Virus record (IMG/VR): IMGVR_UViG_3300027798_003516
Location: 31,958-95,957 of that record
Length of the DNA stretch: 64,000 nt
Strand: one strand, 5' to 3'
From: a virus
Shown here piece by piece: positions 27,621 through 38,199 of this stretch. A program made the translations under genes and the position numbers. Position 1 is the stretch's first letter. Each line of letters begins with the position of its first letter. A model generated the notes under the pieces. It was given only the letters and a program-made list of their open reading frames with translations, did no database searches and had not been told where the DNA came from.

Positions 27621-28364
27621 TCAATGTCTATGTTGTAAATGTTTCAGCACCCGGTTTACATTCTCCGCTGTAAACGGTACATTAAGTATCAAGTGCCACG
27701 AATCATTGGCCCATGAAACTGTTCTGTGTGTTTTACGAGTGTTTACATAATACACACGACCCAGTTCAATGTTTAATTTTTTATCATCCTGCCACCAATC
27801 GTATTCTAATGGTCCACAGTTCTTCAAGAACGCCACCAGGCGAAAGCAAGGGCGCGGCATGCCTGGATGGTCTCTGTGTGGCACAAAATACCCGCCAATG
27901 CCCGAGTTGACAATGAATGTTCTGCCCAAAGGATTCCATTCATCTAGGAAATCTTTTAAACTATCAAGCCCAGGATGTGCTTGGTCACAGTCTTGGTACA
28001 ATTGCGTAGGAACACAAAACTCATGCTCAAATGGTACTCGTCCCAATTTGTTTGTTGCTTCTGGAATGCTGGGAGGACTGCGATGGTCCCAACCTGGGAT
28101 AGTTGTAAGTGTCATTGACCGACGATTATTTGGGCGGTCTGTTCTTGGAAGGTAATCTACCCAATCTGTGCTGTATTTTTCTGTAATTATCTTGTCAATG
28201 CTGTGTGCATCCAGGTGCCAATCTAACGGCTCAAAGTCCCCCAGTTGCAACAATGCCAGTTCTGCGGCCACTAATTCTGGACGCATAATGCCCATACCTT
28301 GTCGGCTTCCACTGACTCCGTCACCAACAACTGCGTTTGGATTATTTTGATTGAATAAGCTCAT
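27621..28364 (-). CDS. 2OG-Fe(II) oxygenase (Asp/Asn beta-hydroxylase-like)
   Basis: GYFVPHRD...VNTRKTH. Confidence 0.7.
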   Translation of the reverse strand: MSLFNQNNPNAVVGDGVSGSRQGMGIMRPELVAAELALLQLGDFEPLDWHLDAHSIDKIITEKYSTDWVDYLPRTDRPNNRRSMTLTTIPGWDHRSPPSIPEATNKLGRVPFEHEFCVPTQLYQDCDQAHPGLDSLKDFLDEWNPLGRTFIVNSGIGGYFVPHRDHPGMPRPCFRLVAFLKNCGPLEYDWWQDDKKLNIELGRVYYVNTRKTHRTVSWANDSWHLILNVPFTAENVNRVLKHLQHRH

Positions 28365-28412
28365 GCAAATAGTTATCTATTCTACACAACCATGCAAGAT
28401 CTAAATGTCTAC

Positions 28413-28420
28413 TATAAATA
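28413..28420 (+). promoter_or_regulatory. T4-like late promoter
   Basis: TATAAATA, then SD GGAGG and ATG at 28440. Confidence 0.6.
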
Positions 28421-28439
28421 CTACTGTCGGGAGGATTCT

Positions 28440-29168
28440 ATGACACGTCAGGCTTTTAATTGGTCCGCATTGGATCGCGATACATTGTACTCAATGCTTT
28501 ACAGCCTCAAACCAGAGATTGTAGACAAACGCTTGCCTATAGGTGAAATTACTCGACAGTTAAGTAAGCATATTAAAGCACACCTTCCAATCAAAGTAGT
28601 CAGTCATAGACACAAGCCCGTTAAACCAGGCGAAATTTGGATAGGTGGCGCCTATTACAGTGACGATGACAAACAAGGAAAGAAGCGATTCATTGAAGTT
28701 GAATTGGCGTTTCCTACAGACACTAAAACTATGAAAACCAGTTCATATCGTTGGGAACGCATTTGCACACTTTTTGCAGATACAATACTACACGAAATCA
28801 TACACACACGTCAATATCGTGCTAGAAATTTTAAAGATCTCCCAGGTTATGAAAGCACTGCTTATTATGCCAAGGATCGTGCATGGCAAGAGTACTATGG
28901 CCACAGAGACGAAATAGGTGCCCACTCATTTAACCTGGCGCAGGACATGATTGATAAGTTTGACTTTGATCCAAAGGCCATACGAGAATACTTAGATTCA
29001 AAAGTTCCAAAACGAGTTTGCCCCAACAGTTGGGGACGATTTATGAAATCTTTTGCATACGATCACGCTCATCCAAAAGTACACCAAATGAAGCATAAAA
29101 TTATGACTCAATTAGAAAATGCGTACCACGGCAAGCCATTCAAAACATCAAATTATTTGACTTATTAA
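28440..29168 (+). CDS. Zincin-like metallopeptidase-motif protein
   Basis: LHEIIH...YY...DEIGA. Confidence 0.6.
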   Translation: MTRQAFNWSALDRDTLYSMLYSLKPEIVDKRLPIGEITRQLSKHIKAHLPIKVVSHRHKPVKPGEIWIGGAYYSDDDKQGKKRFIEVELAFPTDTKTMKTSSYRWERICTLFADTILHEIIHTRQYRARNFKDLPGYESTAYYAKDRAWQEYYGHRDEIGAHSFNLAQDMIDKFDFDPKAIREYLDSKVPKRVCPNSWGRFMKSFAYDHAHPKVHQMKHKIMTQLENAYHGKPFKTSNYLTY

Positions 29169-29174
29169 ATAAGC

Positions 29175-30074
29175 CTATATTAATTCTAAGCCCGGAATTA
29201 CATCACCATCTATTAGCATGTCTTTGGGATGTTTTTTGCCAAAGAATTCATTTTGTGTCCAGTTGCCAGACTGTTCATCAAAATCCCACCAACAGCTAAA
29301 TCCCAACATCAAATGTATTCTAAGCTTGGGCACCTTTTGTGTTGCATACGCTCTATGTAGTACATGGGTATCCCAACTGTATGCATATCCTACTTCTAAG
29401 TGTTCGGGTGCATGTCCTTGTTGTTCTAATAGAAAAATTGGATCAGTGTACAACGGGATATTGACTCTCAAATTTTCAAACATACTTTCATCTCGGTGCC
29501 ATGTGACGCCAGCATAGTTGTCATCGCCAACTGGACCTTCTTGCTCTGCATAAATGATACGAACTGCTGACCGAACCATTGTGCGTTTGCAAGTATCTAA
29601 GAATTTTCCCAAGTGCCCATATTTGCTTGCTGGAGTACGATAGCTTAGAGCATAAGTGTCATAATGTGAATTTCTCTTAGAGAAAATTTGACTACTTTTT
29701 TTATCCAATAAACTAAATGGGTTTGTTATTCCTGTTGCAGGTTTAGGATTACCTTGCACTTGTTGGTGTATGTCAGCTTCTTTTAAATCGTTGTGAGTTG
29801 GATTATATGTTAGTCCAATGCCACCGTATCCTGCATCAAGCCGGAGTTCGTCTTCAACATTCCTGCCAAGCCTATAATTCCACTGTCCGTATATTTCCAT
29901 TGTCTTGTTGGTGTCGGCCAGTAATTGATCTAAGTCAAGACTTGGCATGGTCAATTTAATCAATGGAGATTGATTAACAGCGCAACAAGTGCTTTGTATA
30001 AAAGCAGATATCCTATTCAATGAGCTTGCAATTGGTTCATCGCTGGGTAGCGTATCACGATTCAATGTTAACAT
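29175..30074 (-). CDS. 2OG-Fe(II) oxygenase (Asp/Asn beta-hydroxylase-like)
   Basis: WHRD...LRVNIPL...WDTHVLH...RIHL. Confidence 0.75.
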   Translation of the reverse strand: MLTLNRDTLPSDEPIASSLNRISAFIQSTCCAVNQSPLIKLTMPSLDLDQLLADTNKTMEIYGQWNYRLGRNVEDELRLDAGYGGIGLTYNPTHNDLKEADIHQQVQGNPKPATGITNPFSLLDKKSSQIFSKRNSHYDTYALSYRTPASKYGHLGKFLDTCKRTMVRSAVRIIYAEQEGPVGDDNYAGVTWHRDESMFENLRVNIPLYTDPIFLLEQQGHAPEHLEVGYAYSWDTHVLHRAYATQKVPKLRIHLMLGFSCWWDFDEQSGNWTQNEFFGKKHPKDMLIDGDVIPGLELI

Positions 30075-31075
30075 TTGGGTATAAAATCCTTATACTTTTG
30101 GTAGCTGGGCTCAATGGCTTTAATCCAATCATAAACTTTGGGGCGACCTTTGATTGCCATTATAATTTTTGGTTTGGCCAAGTCGGCTCCGTGCAAAAAT
30201 GCGCCATTATTAAAAACAAAGGTGTTGGTGTCTTTGGGCAATTCAACATACATCTTCTGCTGTTGTGTGATTCGTTCTGCTTTGACTCCGTATGCACCTT
30301 TATTGCGAGTTGTGATGCTGGCTGGGTTGAACTCTGCAGTTCTTTTTGGCCATCGGCTCATCCAAAATGTTGCTTGTTCATTGGTGTCCCACAGCATGAT
30401 ACGCAGGCTATCTGGCCATGGATATATAACAGCATCTGGATCAAAGTGCGGAGCAACTTCATTGATATTTGCCCAAAGCACAATTTTTTCTATGCTGTGA
30501 AAAGGAAGGCAATTTCTAATTTGCTCAAACATCTTAGGAAAGTGCATACTCCAGTCGTCAACAACTGTATTGCTATAATTAAACATTGTTGTATTGATCG
30601 CAGGATTTAACCAACAGCACAGTCCTTTCCAGTATTGCGTTTCATTTAGGCCGCGAGTGATATCTGCATTTTTTTCATCCCATAGCTTCCAAAATAAATC
30701 CCAATCATCGGGTTCAATGCGTGGAATATCAAGTGGGATATAAGGAACTGAGGTCCATTTAGGATCTAAGGTGCTTGCTATTTCTGGCCAGGCCTGTGGG
30801 CTGATGTGTGTTAGAAAACCCAAATCCAGGTCGGCATCAACTTGCATAACCCTGGGACCAATTTTTGCATAATTACCCCAGGGTTGGCTTCCGTTCATCA
30901 ATGTAAAACCCAATGCTGGATCAAGTGCCACCCAATATTCTGTGTCACCATCATTGACATCACCGGGAGGCAATGCGTTTGGCAATGCAAATTGTGTTTT
31001 GCCAGTTAGGCGCAGAGTTTTACGGTCAGCTTCGGCCCAAAGGATTCTTCTTGTTGGAATAAGTTGCGTTGTCAT
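30068..31075 (-). CDS. 2OG-Fe(II) oxygenase-fold protein with extra N-terminal domain
   Basis: PHFD...TFVFNNGAFLHGA. Confidence 0.6.
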   Translation of the reverse strand: MTTQLIPTRRILWAEADRKTLRLTGKTQFALPNALPPGDVNDGDTEYWVALDPALGFTLMNGSQPWGNYAKIGPRVMQVDADLDLGFLTHISPQAWPEIASTLDPKWTSVPYIPLDIPRIEPDDWDLFWKLWDEKNADITRGLNETQYWKGLCCWLNPAINTTMFNYSNTVVDDWSMHFPKMFEQIRNCLPFHSIEKIVLWANINEVAPHFDPDAVIYPWPDSLRIMLWDTNEQATFWMSRWPKRTAEFNPASITTRNKGAYGVKAERITQQQKMYVELPKDTNTFVFNNGAFLHGADLAKPKIIMAIKGRPKVYDWIKAIEPSYQKYKDFIPKC

Positions 31076-31094
31076 GCTAATAGTTATGACAAAT

Positions 31095-31742
31095 TTAGAT
31101 GACTGCGTTGTTCAATGCTTGTTCTATCTCAACCCAATCGTTGAATTTCCTGACAGATATATCAGAAAAGTCCAGGTTCCACGGTTGTTTGATCATGTAT
31201 GTTGCATGCCCAGCTTGAGCACTGATTCGGGCTGTGGATTCTGTACTAGTAACGCAGACCGCATATTCGTGTTCTTTGAACAGCGGATATAAATTGGCGG
31301 TTCTGCCAACCACATACAATTCCTTGAACACACCGGGCATGATTAATTCTAAGTTTGCTCTACGCAATATTGCACGACTCATTTCATTGCTGGACTTGGT
31401 GTACCCAATGATGACCCAACCTGCCGCGGCCAATTTTGGTAGTATTTGTTCTGCACCCATCATTGGATACAATGCGCCCCATTGCCAAGTACGCTCACAG
31501 AATTCACTCATCCAAAGGTCTGCTAAATCATCTGGAATATTCAACCAGTGGCCCAGTGTTTCTCTGTTGGTAATTCGATTGCCTGCAACACCTTTGAGTC
31601 GATTTAAGCTAGCAAGCCAACGAACAAATGCTGTTAATGTGTCAAGGCAAGTATCATCTATGTCGATGATTAATTTGCGAGGTAGTTCTTCATCCTGCAA
31701 GTTCAACGCTGACCCCAAGCGGGTGACCATTGGTGCGAGCAA
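31095..31742 (-). CDS. HAD-family 5'(3')-nucleotidase-like protein (start uncertain)
   Basis: IIDIDDT, QPWN, NDW.EI. Confidence 0.7.
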   Translation of the reverse strand: MLAPMVTRLGSALNLQDEELPRKLIIDIDDTCLDTLTAFVRWLASLNRLKGVAGNRITNRETLGHWLNIPDDLADLWMSEFCERTWQWGALYPMMGAEQILPKLAAAGWVIIGYTKSSNEMSRAILRRANLELIMPGVFKELYVVGRTANLYPLFKEHEYAVCVTSTESTARISAQAGHATYMIKQPWNLDFSDISVRKFNDWVEIEQALNNAVI

Positions 31743-32001
31743 TCTGTGTAGATTCCATGGCCTTCTGTTCAGCTACTTCAAACGAATAAATTCCAGCTGT
31801 GCCTTTGCCAAGCTGATGTACCTGCAACATGATTGCAACTGCGCCTTCTTGTGAATGATGGAATATAACTTTTAACAATTCTATAACAAATTCCATTGGT
31901 GTGCTGTTGTCGTTTAAAATGACCACGCGGAATCTTTCTGGTTCTTTGACTCCAATGATGTTTTCAGTCTTGTTAATAGTTTCGGTAGCAGTATCTGACA
32001 T
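31690..32001 (-). CDS. clpS: Clp protease adaptor ClpS
   Basis: VVILNDNSTPMEFVIELL..F...MLQVH..G...EVAE.K...HPL. Confidence 0.93.
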   Translation of the reverse strand: MSDTATETINKTENIIGVKEPERFRVVILNDNSTPMEFVIELLKVIFHHSQEGAVAIMLQVHQLGKGTAGIYSFEVAEQKAMESTQIARTNGHPLGVSVELAG

Positions 32002-32032
32002 TTTTTATGTTCCGTGTTAGTCACTATATTTA

Positions 32033-32062
32033 GTGTGGGCAAGCTTTTGCACTTGCCCACAC
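32033..32062 (-). terminator. Hairpin, probable terminator after hsp20
   Basis: gtgtgggcaag-N8-cttgcccacac. Confidence 0.55.
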
Positions 32063-32070
32063 ATTCTTAG

Positions 32071-32499
32071 TTATTCCTTGATTAAAGGAATTTTCTTTGG
32101 TTTGATTTTATCAGGTACAACCTCAGTTAAATCAATTACCAACATGCCGTCTTTAAGGCTTGCAGTATTAATTTCAACTCGGTCACCAATGACAAACTCA
32201 CGCTTGAAACTGCGATTGGCAATGCCACGATGTAGATACTCTTTGGTATCGTCTTCTTGTTTGTTGCCGTTCACAGTCAAAGTGTTTTCTTGCAGGGTTA
32301 CCTCAATATCAGATTCTGAAAAGCCAGCCACTGCCATCGTAATACGATATGCATGGTCTTGTAGTTTTTCAATATTGAATGGAGGATACCCAGTATTGTT
32401 ACCATTGCTGGCTTGTAGCAAACGATCCAGTTCGTTGAACATACGATCAAAGCCAAGGCCAAAGCGTTGGTACGGGTGATGAAGTGTTAGATTAGTCAT
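32071..32499 (-). CDS. ibpA: Small heat-shock protein Hsp20 (IbpA-like)
   Basis: GFDR, YPPFNI, AVAGF, YLHRGIA.R.F, GML.I.L. Confidence 0.93.
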   Translation of the reverse strand: MTNLTLHHPYQRFGLGFDRMFNELDRLLQASNGNNTGYPPFNIEKLQDHAYRITMAVAGFSESDIEVTLQENTLTVNGNKQEDDTKEYLHRGIANRSFKREFVIGDRVEINTASLKDGMLVIDLTEVVPDKIKPKKIPLIKE

Positions 32500-32580
32500 A
32501 GTAGTCTCCTTATAGCGAGTCTAAACATTGTGAGCTCTTCATGAGCCTCACGGTGCGTTGCCAGCCCTCTTGGCACTAGC
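32500..32580 (-). promoter_or_regulatory. ROSE-like RNA thermometer candidate
   Basis: CUC(G)CU-AUA-AGGAG hairpin masks the SD, with two upstream hairpins; TTGACT-N17-TATAAT at 32617-32589. Confidence 0.5.
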
Positions 32581-32619
32581 ATAACACAATTATACTTATG
32601 TTCTAAAACGAAGTCAAGT

Positions 32620-32901
32620 TTAATATAGCCGTTTTCTGCCACCGTCTTTGGCTGGCCTGCGTCCTGCTAATTCATCTGCTTCAACTTGTTTTAGGTGTCT
32701 GCGTCGAGCCTTATTTTTTGTCTGTGTTTTAACAATGTTGGGCTTGACATATTCCATGCGGGCTTTTACTTCTTCTAACTTGCCGCTGTCTTGGATTTTC
32801 TTTTTAAATTTACGGAGAGCTTTTTCAACATTGCCGTCGTTGATGTAAACTATTGATCCATTAAATTGCGATTCTCTTTTTGGTGCGTCTCTACTCATCA
32901 T
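32620..32901 (-). CDS. rpsU: Ribosomal protein bS21
   Basis: NVEKALRKFKKK...G.LEEVKARMEYVKP...K.KARRR. Confidence 0.88.
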   Translation of the reverse strand: MMSRDAPKRESQFNGSIVYINDGNVEKALRKFKKKIQDSGKLEEVKARMEYVKPNIVKTQTKNKARRRHLKQVEADELAGRRPAKDGGRKRLY

Positions 32902-32907
32902 GTCCTT

Positions 32908-34137
32908 TTATGCTACTATTTCTAAATTTTTGTATATTTTAACAGGAGTGTGGTCCACCACACTTTGTTCAGTAATTATAACTTTACTTAATCCTTCTAG
33001 AGCCAATTCAGGTAGATTAAACTGTATATCTAGCAGAATTTGCTCAATTATACTGCGTAAGCCACGGGCACCAGTTTTCTTAGTAACGCACAAATTAGCA
33101 ATGGCACTTTTGGATTCTGGAGTAAATTCTAACTCTACTGAATCCATCATAAAAATGGACTTGTATTCTCGTTCAATGCTGTCTTCGGGCTCGGACATAA
33201 TTTTTACCAACTCGTCAATGCCTAATGGGTCCAGGCTGGCAACAATTGGTACACGACCCATAAATTCTGGAATCATTCCAAACTTGACAAAGTCTTCAGG
33301 CTCCACTGAATGTAACCAATGACCAGTGTCAGCTTCTGCTTTGTCCATGCTGGCACCAAAGCCAATCTTGGTGCCACCAGTTATTCTTTTCTTGACCTGT
33401 TCATCAAGACCAACAAAGGATCCACCCAATATAAACAGAATGTTTTTTGTGTTGATTACATTTGCGTCATGCCCGGGATGTTTGCGGCCACCGCCCACAG
33501 GCACACGACATTCGGTACCTTCAATCAGCTTGAGCAGAGCTTGTTGAACACCTTCGCCTGACACATCGCGAGTGATACTTGCACTTTCACTCTTACGACC
33601 TTTCTTATCTATTTCATCAATGTAGATAATACCTTGCTCGGCTCGTTTGATATCGCCGCCTGCGTTTTGTAAAAGTCGATGAATAACATTTTCTACATCA
33701 TCACCAACATATCCACTTTCGGTCAATGTGGTGGCATCTGCAATCGCAAATGGTACATTGATCCGTTCTGCCAACTTCTTGGCCAATAAAGTCTTGCCAC
33801 TACCAGTGGGACCTATCAACAGCACATTGCTTTTCTTAATAAGGTCGGTATCACCTTGACTCAGTCGTTTGTAGTGATTGCGTACTGCCACACTCAGCTG
33901 ACGCTTGGCTTCATGTTGTCCAATCACATACCTATCTAAATAGTTTTTAATATCTCTTGGAGTGGTAGCATCGTCAAACTCAGACTTTTCTTCTTTGACT
34001 TCTTCACTCATTGCTTCAAGACACAGGTGAATACATTCATTACAAATATATGCCTTGTCTCCTGCAATCAATGCCTTGACAGCATCTCTGTGTTTATTAC
34101 AGAAGCTACAGTTTAATGTTGGTGATTTATCCGCCAA
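32908..34137 (-). CDS. clpX: ClpX ATPase
   Basis: CSFC...CNEC Zn domain, [31 protein letters not shown]. Confidence 0.97.
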   Translation of the reverse strand: MADKSPTLNCSFCNKHRDAVKALIAGDKAYICNECIHLCLEAMSEEVKEEKSEFDDATTPRDIKNYLDRYVIGQHEAKRQLSVAVRNHYKRLSQGDTDLIKKSNVLLIGPTGSGKTLLAKKLAERINVPFAIADATTLTESGYVGDDVENVIHRLLQNAGGDIKRAEQGIIYIDEIDKKGRKSESASITRDVSGEGVQQALLKLIEGTECRVPVGGGRKHPGHDANVINTKNILFILGGSFVGLDEQVKKRITGGTKIGFGASMDKAEADTGHWLHSVEPEDFVKFGMIPEFMGRVPIVASLDPLGIDELVKIMSEPEDSIEREYKSIFMMDSVELEFTPESKSAIANLCVTKKTGARGLRSIIEQILLDIQFNLPELALEGLSKVIITEQSVVDHTPVKIYKNLEIVA

Positions 34138-34552
34138 AAGCCGACTCCATAATTTTTATCAGTTCATCATGGTCTTCAACCCAAGGAATATCAATGGCAT
34201 TTAACAAAGCAATAAATTCATCATTGCCTGGCTTGACATAGAATATAACTGGCATGTTTTCTTTACACATGGCCAAGGCCATCCTGACTTCTTGCTCTGT
34301 GGCATGTGCCAGTTCACATATGATCATGCTACAATTGTTGGCAATGTGCCAATACCAAACCCATGTTTTAGGATCCACACTCACTGAATCATTGACATAA
34401 AAAGTCAACTGATTATCCTGGATTCCTTTTTCTAATAGCTCAATGATTGAGTCTTGCCAGGTCTTATCATTACTAATAAGACAAAAGGCAAGTCCGCCGC
34501 CGGGCATATACAATGTTGGGGGACTGACAACATACACATTTGAATCGTTCAA
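34127..34552 (-). CDS. Hypothetical protein
   Basis: Overlaps the clpX start. Confidence 0.65.
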   Translation of the reverse strand: MNDSNVYVVSPPTLYMPGGGLAFCLISNDKTWQDSIIELLEKGIQDNQLTFYVNDSVSVDPKTWVWYWHIANNCSMIICELAHATEQEVRMALAMCKENMPVIFYVKPGNDEFIALLNAIDIPWVEDHDELIKIMESAFGG

Positions 34553-34564
34553 GATAAACCTTTG

Positions 34565-35851
34565 TTATTTGTCATCGCGCTTGGGAAATGTTGCTTGAAA
34601 CCAACCCTTGGTGCGATGCTCTTTGGCCAGCTTTTCAGTACTGGCCTTATATATTTTATCCAAATTATCTTCTGGCTGTTGCTCGGAACTTTCTTTTAAA
34701 GGAGTGTCCCATACTTCGCCAGGTGTGCCCGGAGGCGCTTCCATCACAGGTGTCACTGCTTTGGGTTCTTCAAATGCCGGGCCCGTTTGTTCCCAGACGC
34801 CACTGTCGAGATTCTTAATGCCTTCAAACGGTGGATAGCTATCAGTTTTCTCTACCGGTTGATCCCAAACTTTTTCCTTGGCTTCTTCCTTGGCCGTTGC
34901 AAATTCAGCAATGTCTTGTTCGTTGGCAGGATATGCAGTGACAACATCTTCTGGTATATTTGCTGTTTCACCGGAGTCTAACATTGTTATGGTTGGTTCC
35001 TTCTTTTCCGGCACAACAGATTCTACAACAGGTACTGCAATGACTGCGGATTGTTCTTGCTCTTCTTGTCTGCGGAACCAAGCAAAACTGTACTGACTTG
35101 CCAACAACAGCACAACAGCCAAAGGATCAAAGATTACAACTATTAAAATAATAACCCAGCGAACTGCTTTTTCTAATGTATTGGCGTCTGGGTTGTCGTC
35201 GTACAGCAAAGCGGCAATGTATTTGATGGGTCCTACCTCAGCTTCAACCTTACGCAACTCTGCCGCAACTGGTGCCCGTTGTTCGTTGAGCTTGGCAATT
35301 TCAACCTGGGCCCGGGCAATGTCTGATTGAATCTGCGTTCTTTCTTTGGCCTGTCGAGTACGCATGGCATTTGCATTTATTGCACCTTGCTCACCTTTGC
35401 TACGGGCAATGGTTTCATCAATGGTAGCGTCCATTTGTTTGAGCGCCTTGCGCCCAGAATCAATGTTTTCTTTGGCAGTTTTAATTTTCTCATCAAAAAT
35501 TGCAACCTGTGCAACAACATTGCCTGTTGGTACTGCTTGGTCCAAGTGTGCCTTGCTAAGGTAACCAAAGATGCCCATGCTGGTAATCAGCATTAGGATT
35601 ACTACTGCAATAAACAGATACAGTCGAATCAACTTAGGAGCAATGGCCCAATTTTGTTTTAACCAAACGGTTGCAACCAGCTTACCTACTTCAAGTACCA
35701 CGCCCATGACAATAATAGGAATAACACTGGCCGCAAAGATTGCAACCAGTCCTGCCACTGAGTACCATACTGCCACTGCGGAAATACTTAACCCGCTTAA
35801 TAATGCAAACCATGCAGTTAGTTTGTCTGCAAATGTGATTGTCTTGTTCAT
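34565..35851 (-). CDS. Membrane protein with coiled coil
   Basis: Several N-terminal TM helices, GIFGYLSKAH, EVGPIKYIA, FDPLA. Confidence 0.8.
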   Translation of the reverse strand: MNKTITFADKLTAWFALLSGLSISAVAVWYSVAGLVAIFAASVIPIIVMGVVLEVGKLVATVWLKQNWAIAPKLIRLYLFIAVVILMLITSMGIFGYLSKAHLDQAVPTGNVVAQVAIFDEKIKTAKENIDSGRKALKQMDATIDETIARSKGEQGAINANAMRTRQAKERTQIQSDIARAQVEIAKLNEQRAPVAAELRKVEAEVGPIKYIAALLYDDNPDANTLEKAVRWVIILIVVIFDPLAVVLLLASQYSFAWFRRQEEQEQSAVIAVPVVESVVPEKKEPTITMLDSGETANIPEDVVTAYPANEQDIAEFATAKEEAKEKVWDQPVEKTDSYPPFEGIKNLDSGVWEQTGPAFEEPKAVTPVMEAPPGTPGEVWDTPLKESSEQQPEDNLDKIYKASTEKLAKEHRTKGWFQATFPKRDDK

Positions 35852-36615
35852 AATGAGTGTGTCCTTGCTGGAAAGCAATGTGGTAAGTCTTTGAATAAAG
35901 GCTCGTGTATTAAATTACCGTTGATGTCATAATCATAGGTTGTATTTTTATCTTGTGGATTTGGAACTCTGGCATACGGATCATAAAGGCTACACATACG
36001 AGCAAAATAGTTCTTAGGCATTATATCAATGATCAAGTGCGTTCTCCATGTGTTGCCATAGTTTACGGCACCGTGAACTATTTTGTTATTCAGTTCCCAA
36101 ACTTCCCCTTCACTGATGTGATTTCGAGTGCCACCAATTGTTAAATCATACGATTGGTAGTACAGCCAACAATCGTCATTGGTACTGATTGCAATATTGT
36201 ATCTTCTCGAGTACCGTTGATTGTACCTGGTATCTGTGTGCAGTGACGTGTTACCTGACTCTGGTTTCATTCGTGCAATGTCAGCTTGCACAATGAAAGG
36301 ATCAGCGATACCGGTGATGTTGGCCAGGTATTCGCATTGCGGTTTTAATATGTCATTCCATAATGTATTAATTTCATCTGTGTATTTTGTGGTCAGACTG
36401 GCAAAGCTGTTTTCGTCCTGCAGTTTGCGACGGCTTTGCTTATTGCGTTGGTTGTAAATGGGCAAATATATCATATGAGTACCATCAGTGCGAATGTATC
36501 TGTTGGGATCTTCTGATGGATCCCAGTCAAATGTCAGTTCCCATTGACGATACTTGTCAAATATAGCAGTGTCAAACTCTGCTATTTTTCTGGCAGTTAG
36601 TCCTGGTTCGTACAT
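35848..36615 (-). CDS. Asp/Asn beta-hydroxylase-like 2OG-Fe(II) oxygenase
   Basis: LHTD...RYNIAI.TN...GEVWELNNKIVHGAVN...RTHLIID. Confidence 0.8.
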   Translation of the reverse strand: MYEPGLTARKIAEFDTAIFDKYRQWELTFDWDPSEDPNRYIRTDGTHMIYLPIYNQRNKQSRRKLQDENSFASLTTKYTDEINTLWNDILKPQCEYLANITGIADPFIVQADIARMKPESGNTSLHTDTRYNQRYSRRYNIAISTNDDCWLYYQSYDLTIGGTRNHISEGEVWELNNKIVHGAVNYGNTWRTHLIIDIMPKNYFARMCSLYDPYARVPNPQDKNTTYDYDINGNLIHEPLFKDLPHCFPARTHSL

Positions 36616-36959
36616 TAATCATCTTCCTCTTCTTCCGGGGCTTGGAAACTGGTGGCCAAGTTTTGCTCCACTAGTGCCTCGTTGATATTTAATGTAGGTT
36701 CGCCAGTTTCGTTTGCAATGTATGCCCAACCAAGCACACGGCCCAGTTTGGCTCTTTTGGTAATGATGGGTTCTACGATGAGTCCATCCTTGCAAAGCTC
36801 TGTCAACACAATGCGTACATCGCTATCTTTGCCGCACGACGATACGCCAAACAATCTAATCTTTTGGCGTGTGTACACATTGAAACCTAGATCTAGTTCT
36901 ACTTCTAGGGTGTCAGTACCCCGTACTTCTAATAATCTAGCTGAGTATAATTTTCTCAT
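36615..36959 (-). CDS. Thermonuclease (SNase)-like protein with divergent motifs
   Basis: GTDTLEV..DLGF, IRLFGV, KLGRVLG, NINEALV. Confidence 0.7.
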   Translation of the reverse strand: MRKLYSARLLEVRGTDTLEVELDLGFNVYTRQKIRLFGVSSCGKDSDVRIVLTELCKDGLIVEPIITKRAKLGRVLGWAYIANETGEPTLNINEALVEQNLATSFQAPEEEEDD

Positions 36960-37645
36960 TTTTCCTCTTTTGGTTTAGTTCTATAAAAAACATGGTTGCC
37001 AATGTGTTGGACTGAATCTTTGACTCGTTTCCAACCTGGTTGCCAGTTAATGTATGTAGCATGGAAGTGGGTGGCTCCGTTGGTCGGATCCTCCACCGCC
37101 GTTGGCGAATGAATCACCAATGCGGCAATACCTATTGCCTGTGTCCAGAGAGATCCAGCTGGGTTTGATGCTGGCCCAGTACATACCCATTCAAATTGAC
37201 ATCCGTTGGGATTGCGCTGTTTGACTACTCCACATACTGTGCGGGCATAGCCTTCATCTAGACGATTGAGTGTTACCTTGGCAACTGCAATCTGTCCTTC
37301 CAATGACTCTCCTCTACTTTCATAATAGATGTTTTCCGCAAGGCAACGCACTTGTTTGTCATTGATTGCTTTACGAATACCACCCACCTCTTCAAGTTGT
37401 GAATTCATTAGCCTGCGAACCTTGTGTTCCCAGGTTTCATTTTCATAACCATGAAGCTGACCAGATACCCAGTCAGTGATTGACGTCATACTGTTTGTGT
37501 ATGCCCGACTCTGCGCTTGCGATGGCTGAGCCATCGCAGTTGCAAAAATTACAAATATAATTAAAAGTGACAGCGTCACCTTAACTAGCAAAGATTCTAT
37601 CCTTTGCTTAGACATGCCCAATAAAAATTTATGGTTCATGTGCAT
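36956..37645 (-). CDS. Cell wall hydrolase (SleB/Hydrolase_2) with N-terminal TM
   Basis: [40 protein letters not shown]. Confidence 0.9.
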   Translation of the reverse strand: MHMNHKFLLGMSKQRIESLLVKVTLSLLIIFVIFATAMAQPSQAQSRAYTNSMTSITDWVSGQLHGYENETWEHKVRRLMNSQLEEVGGIRKAINDKQVRCLAENIYYESRGESLEGQIAVAKVTLNRLDEGYARTVCGVVKQRNPNGCQFEWVCTGPASNPAGSLWTQAIGIAALVIHSPTAVEDPTNGATHFHATYINWQPGWKRVKDSVQHIGNHVFYRTKPKEEK

Positions 37646-37677
37646 TTTACACCTCCTTTCATTCGGATTACCTCCAG

Positions 37678-38199
37678 TCAGGCCTTTGACGCTAAAATAG
37701 CATCTAAGACTTCACCTGGGCTCTGGTATCCATGATCAACCTGGGTGTAGGTTATATCATGCTTGGCCAAGAGCACCGCAATCCGTCGATCGATCTCCAA
37801 ACTCTGCTGGAGACTATGCACACGGCCATGATCATCGAACCACGGGCCGCGCCCTAGAAAAGCCACAACATTGTTGTAACGCTTCCAGAGTTCTACTACT
37901 ACCTGCTCCCACTCTTTGGGGTAATCCTCCGGAGCATAGATAGCACTCAATAACACTGGACTATCGGTTATTACATAATCGACATGTCCACTAAGTCTAT
38001 GTAGGCGTTGAATCTGCCTACCAAACACATACGCTTGATTACTAAGCGCAACTGTGCGGCCTTCCCAAACTAGGTCCTTGGCAACTTCCGTTACCAATTC
38101 TACATTCCACCCTCGGCGTTTGGCTTCATGATAAAGTCCTGACGCTAGAGTGCTTTTACCTGCACCTGGGCCTGCAATGACATTAATTACTTTCATCAT
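37678..38199 (-). CDS. P-loop NTPase/kinase (NadR/AAA_28-like)
   Basis: [22 protein letters not shown]; TTGACT-N17-TACAAT upstream. Confidence 0.8.
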   Translation of the reverse strand: MMKVINVIAGPGAGKSTLASGLYHEAKRRGWNVELVTEVAKDLVWEGRTVALSNQAYVFGRQIQRLHRLSGHVDYVITDSPVLLSAIYAPEDYPKEWEQVVVELWKRYNNVVAFLGRGPWFDDHGRVHSLQQSLEIDRRIAVLLAKHDITYTQVDHGYQSPGEVLDAILASKA

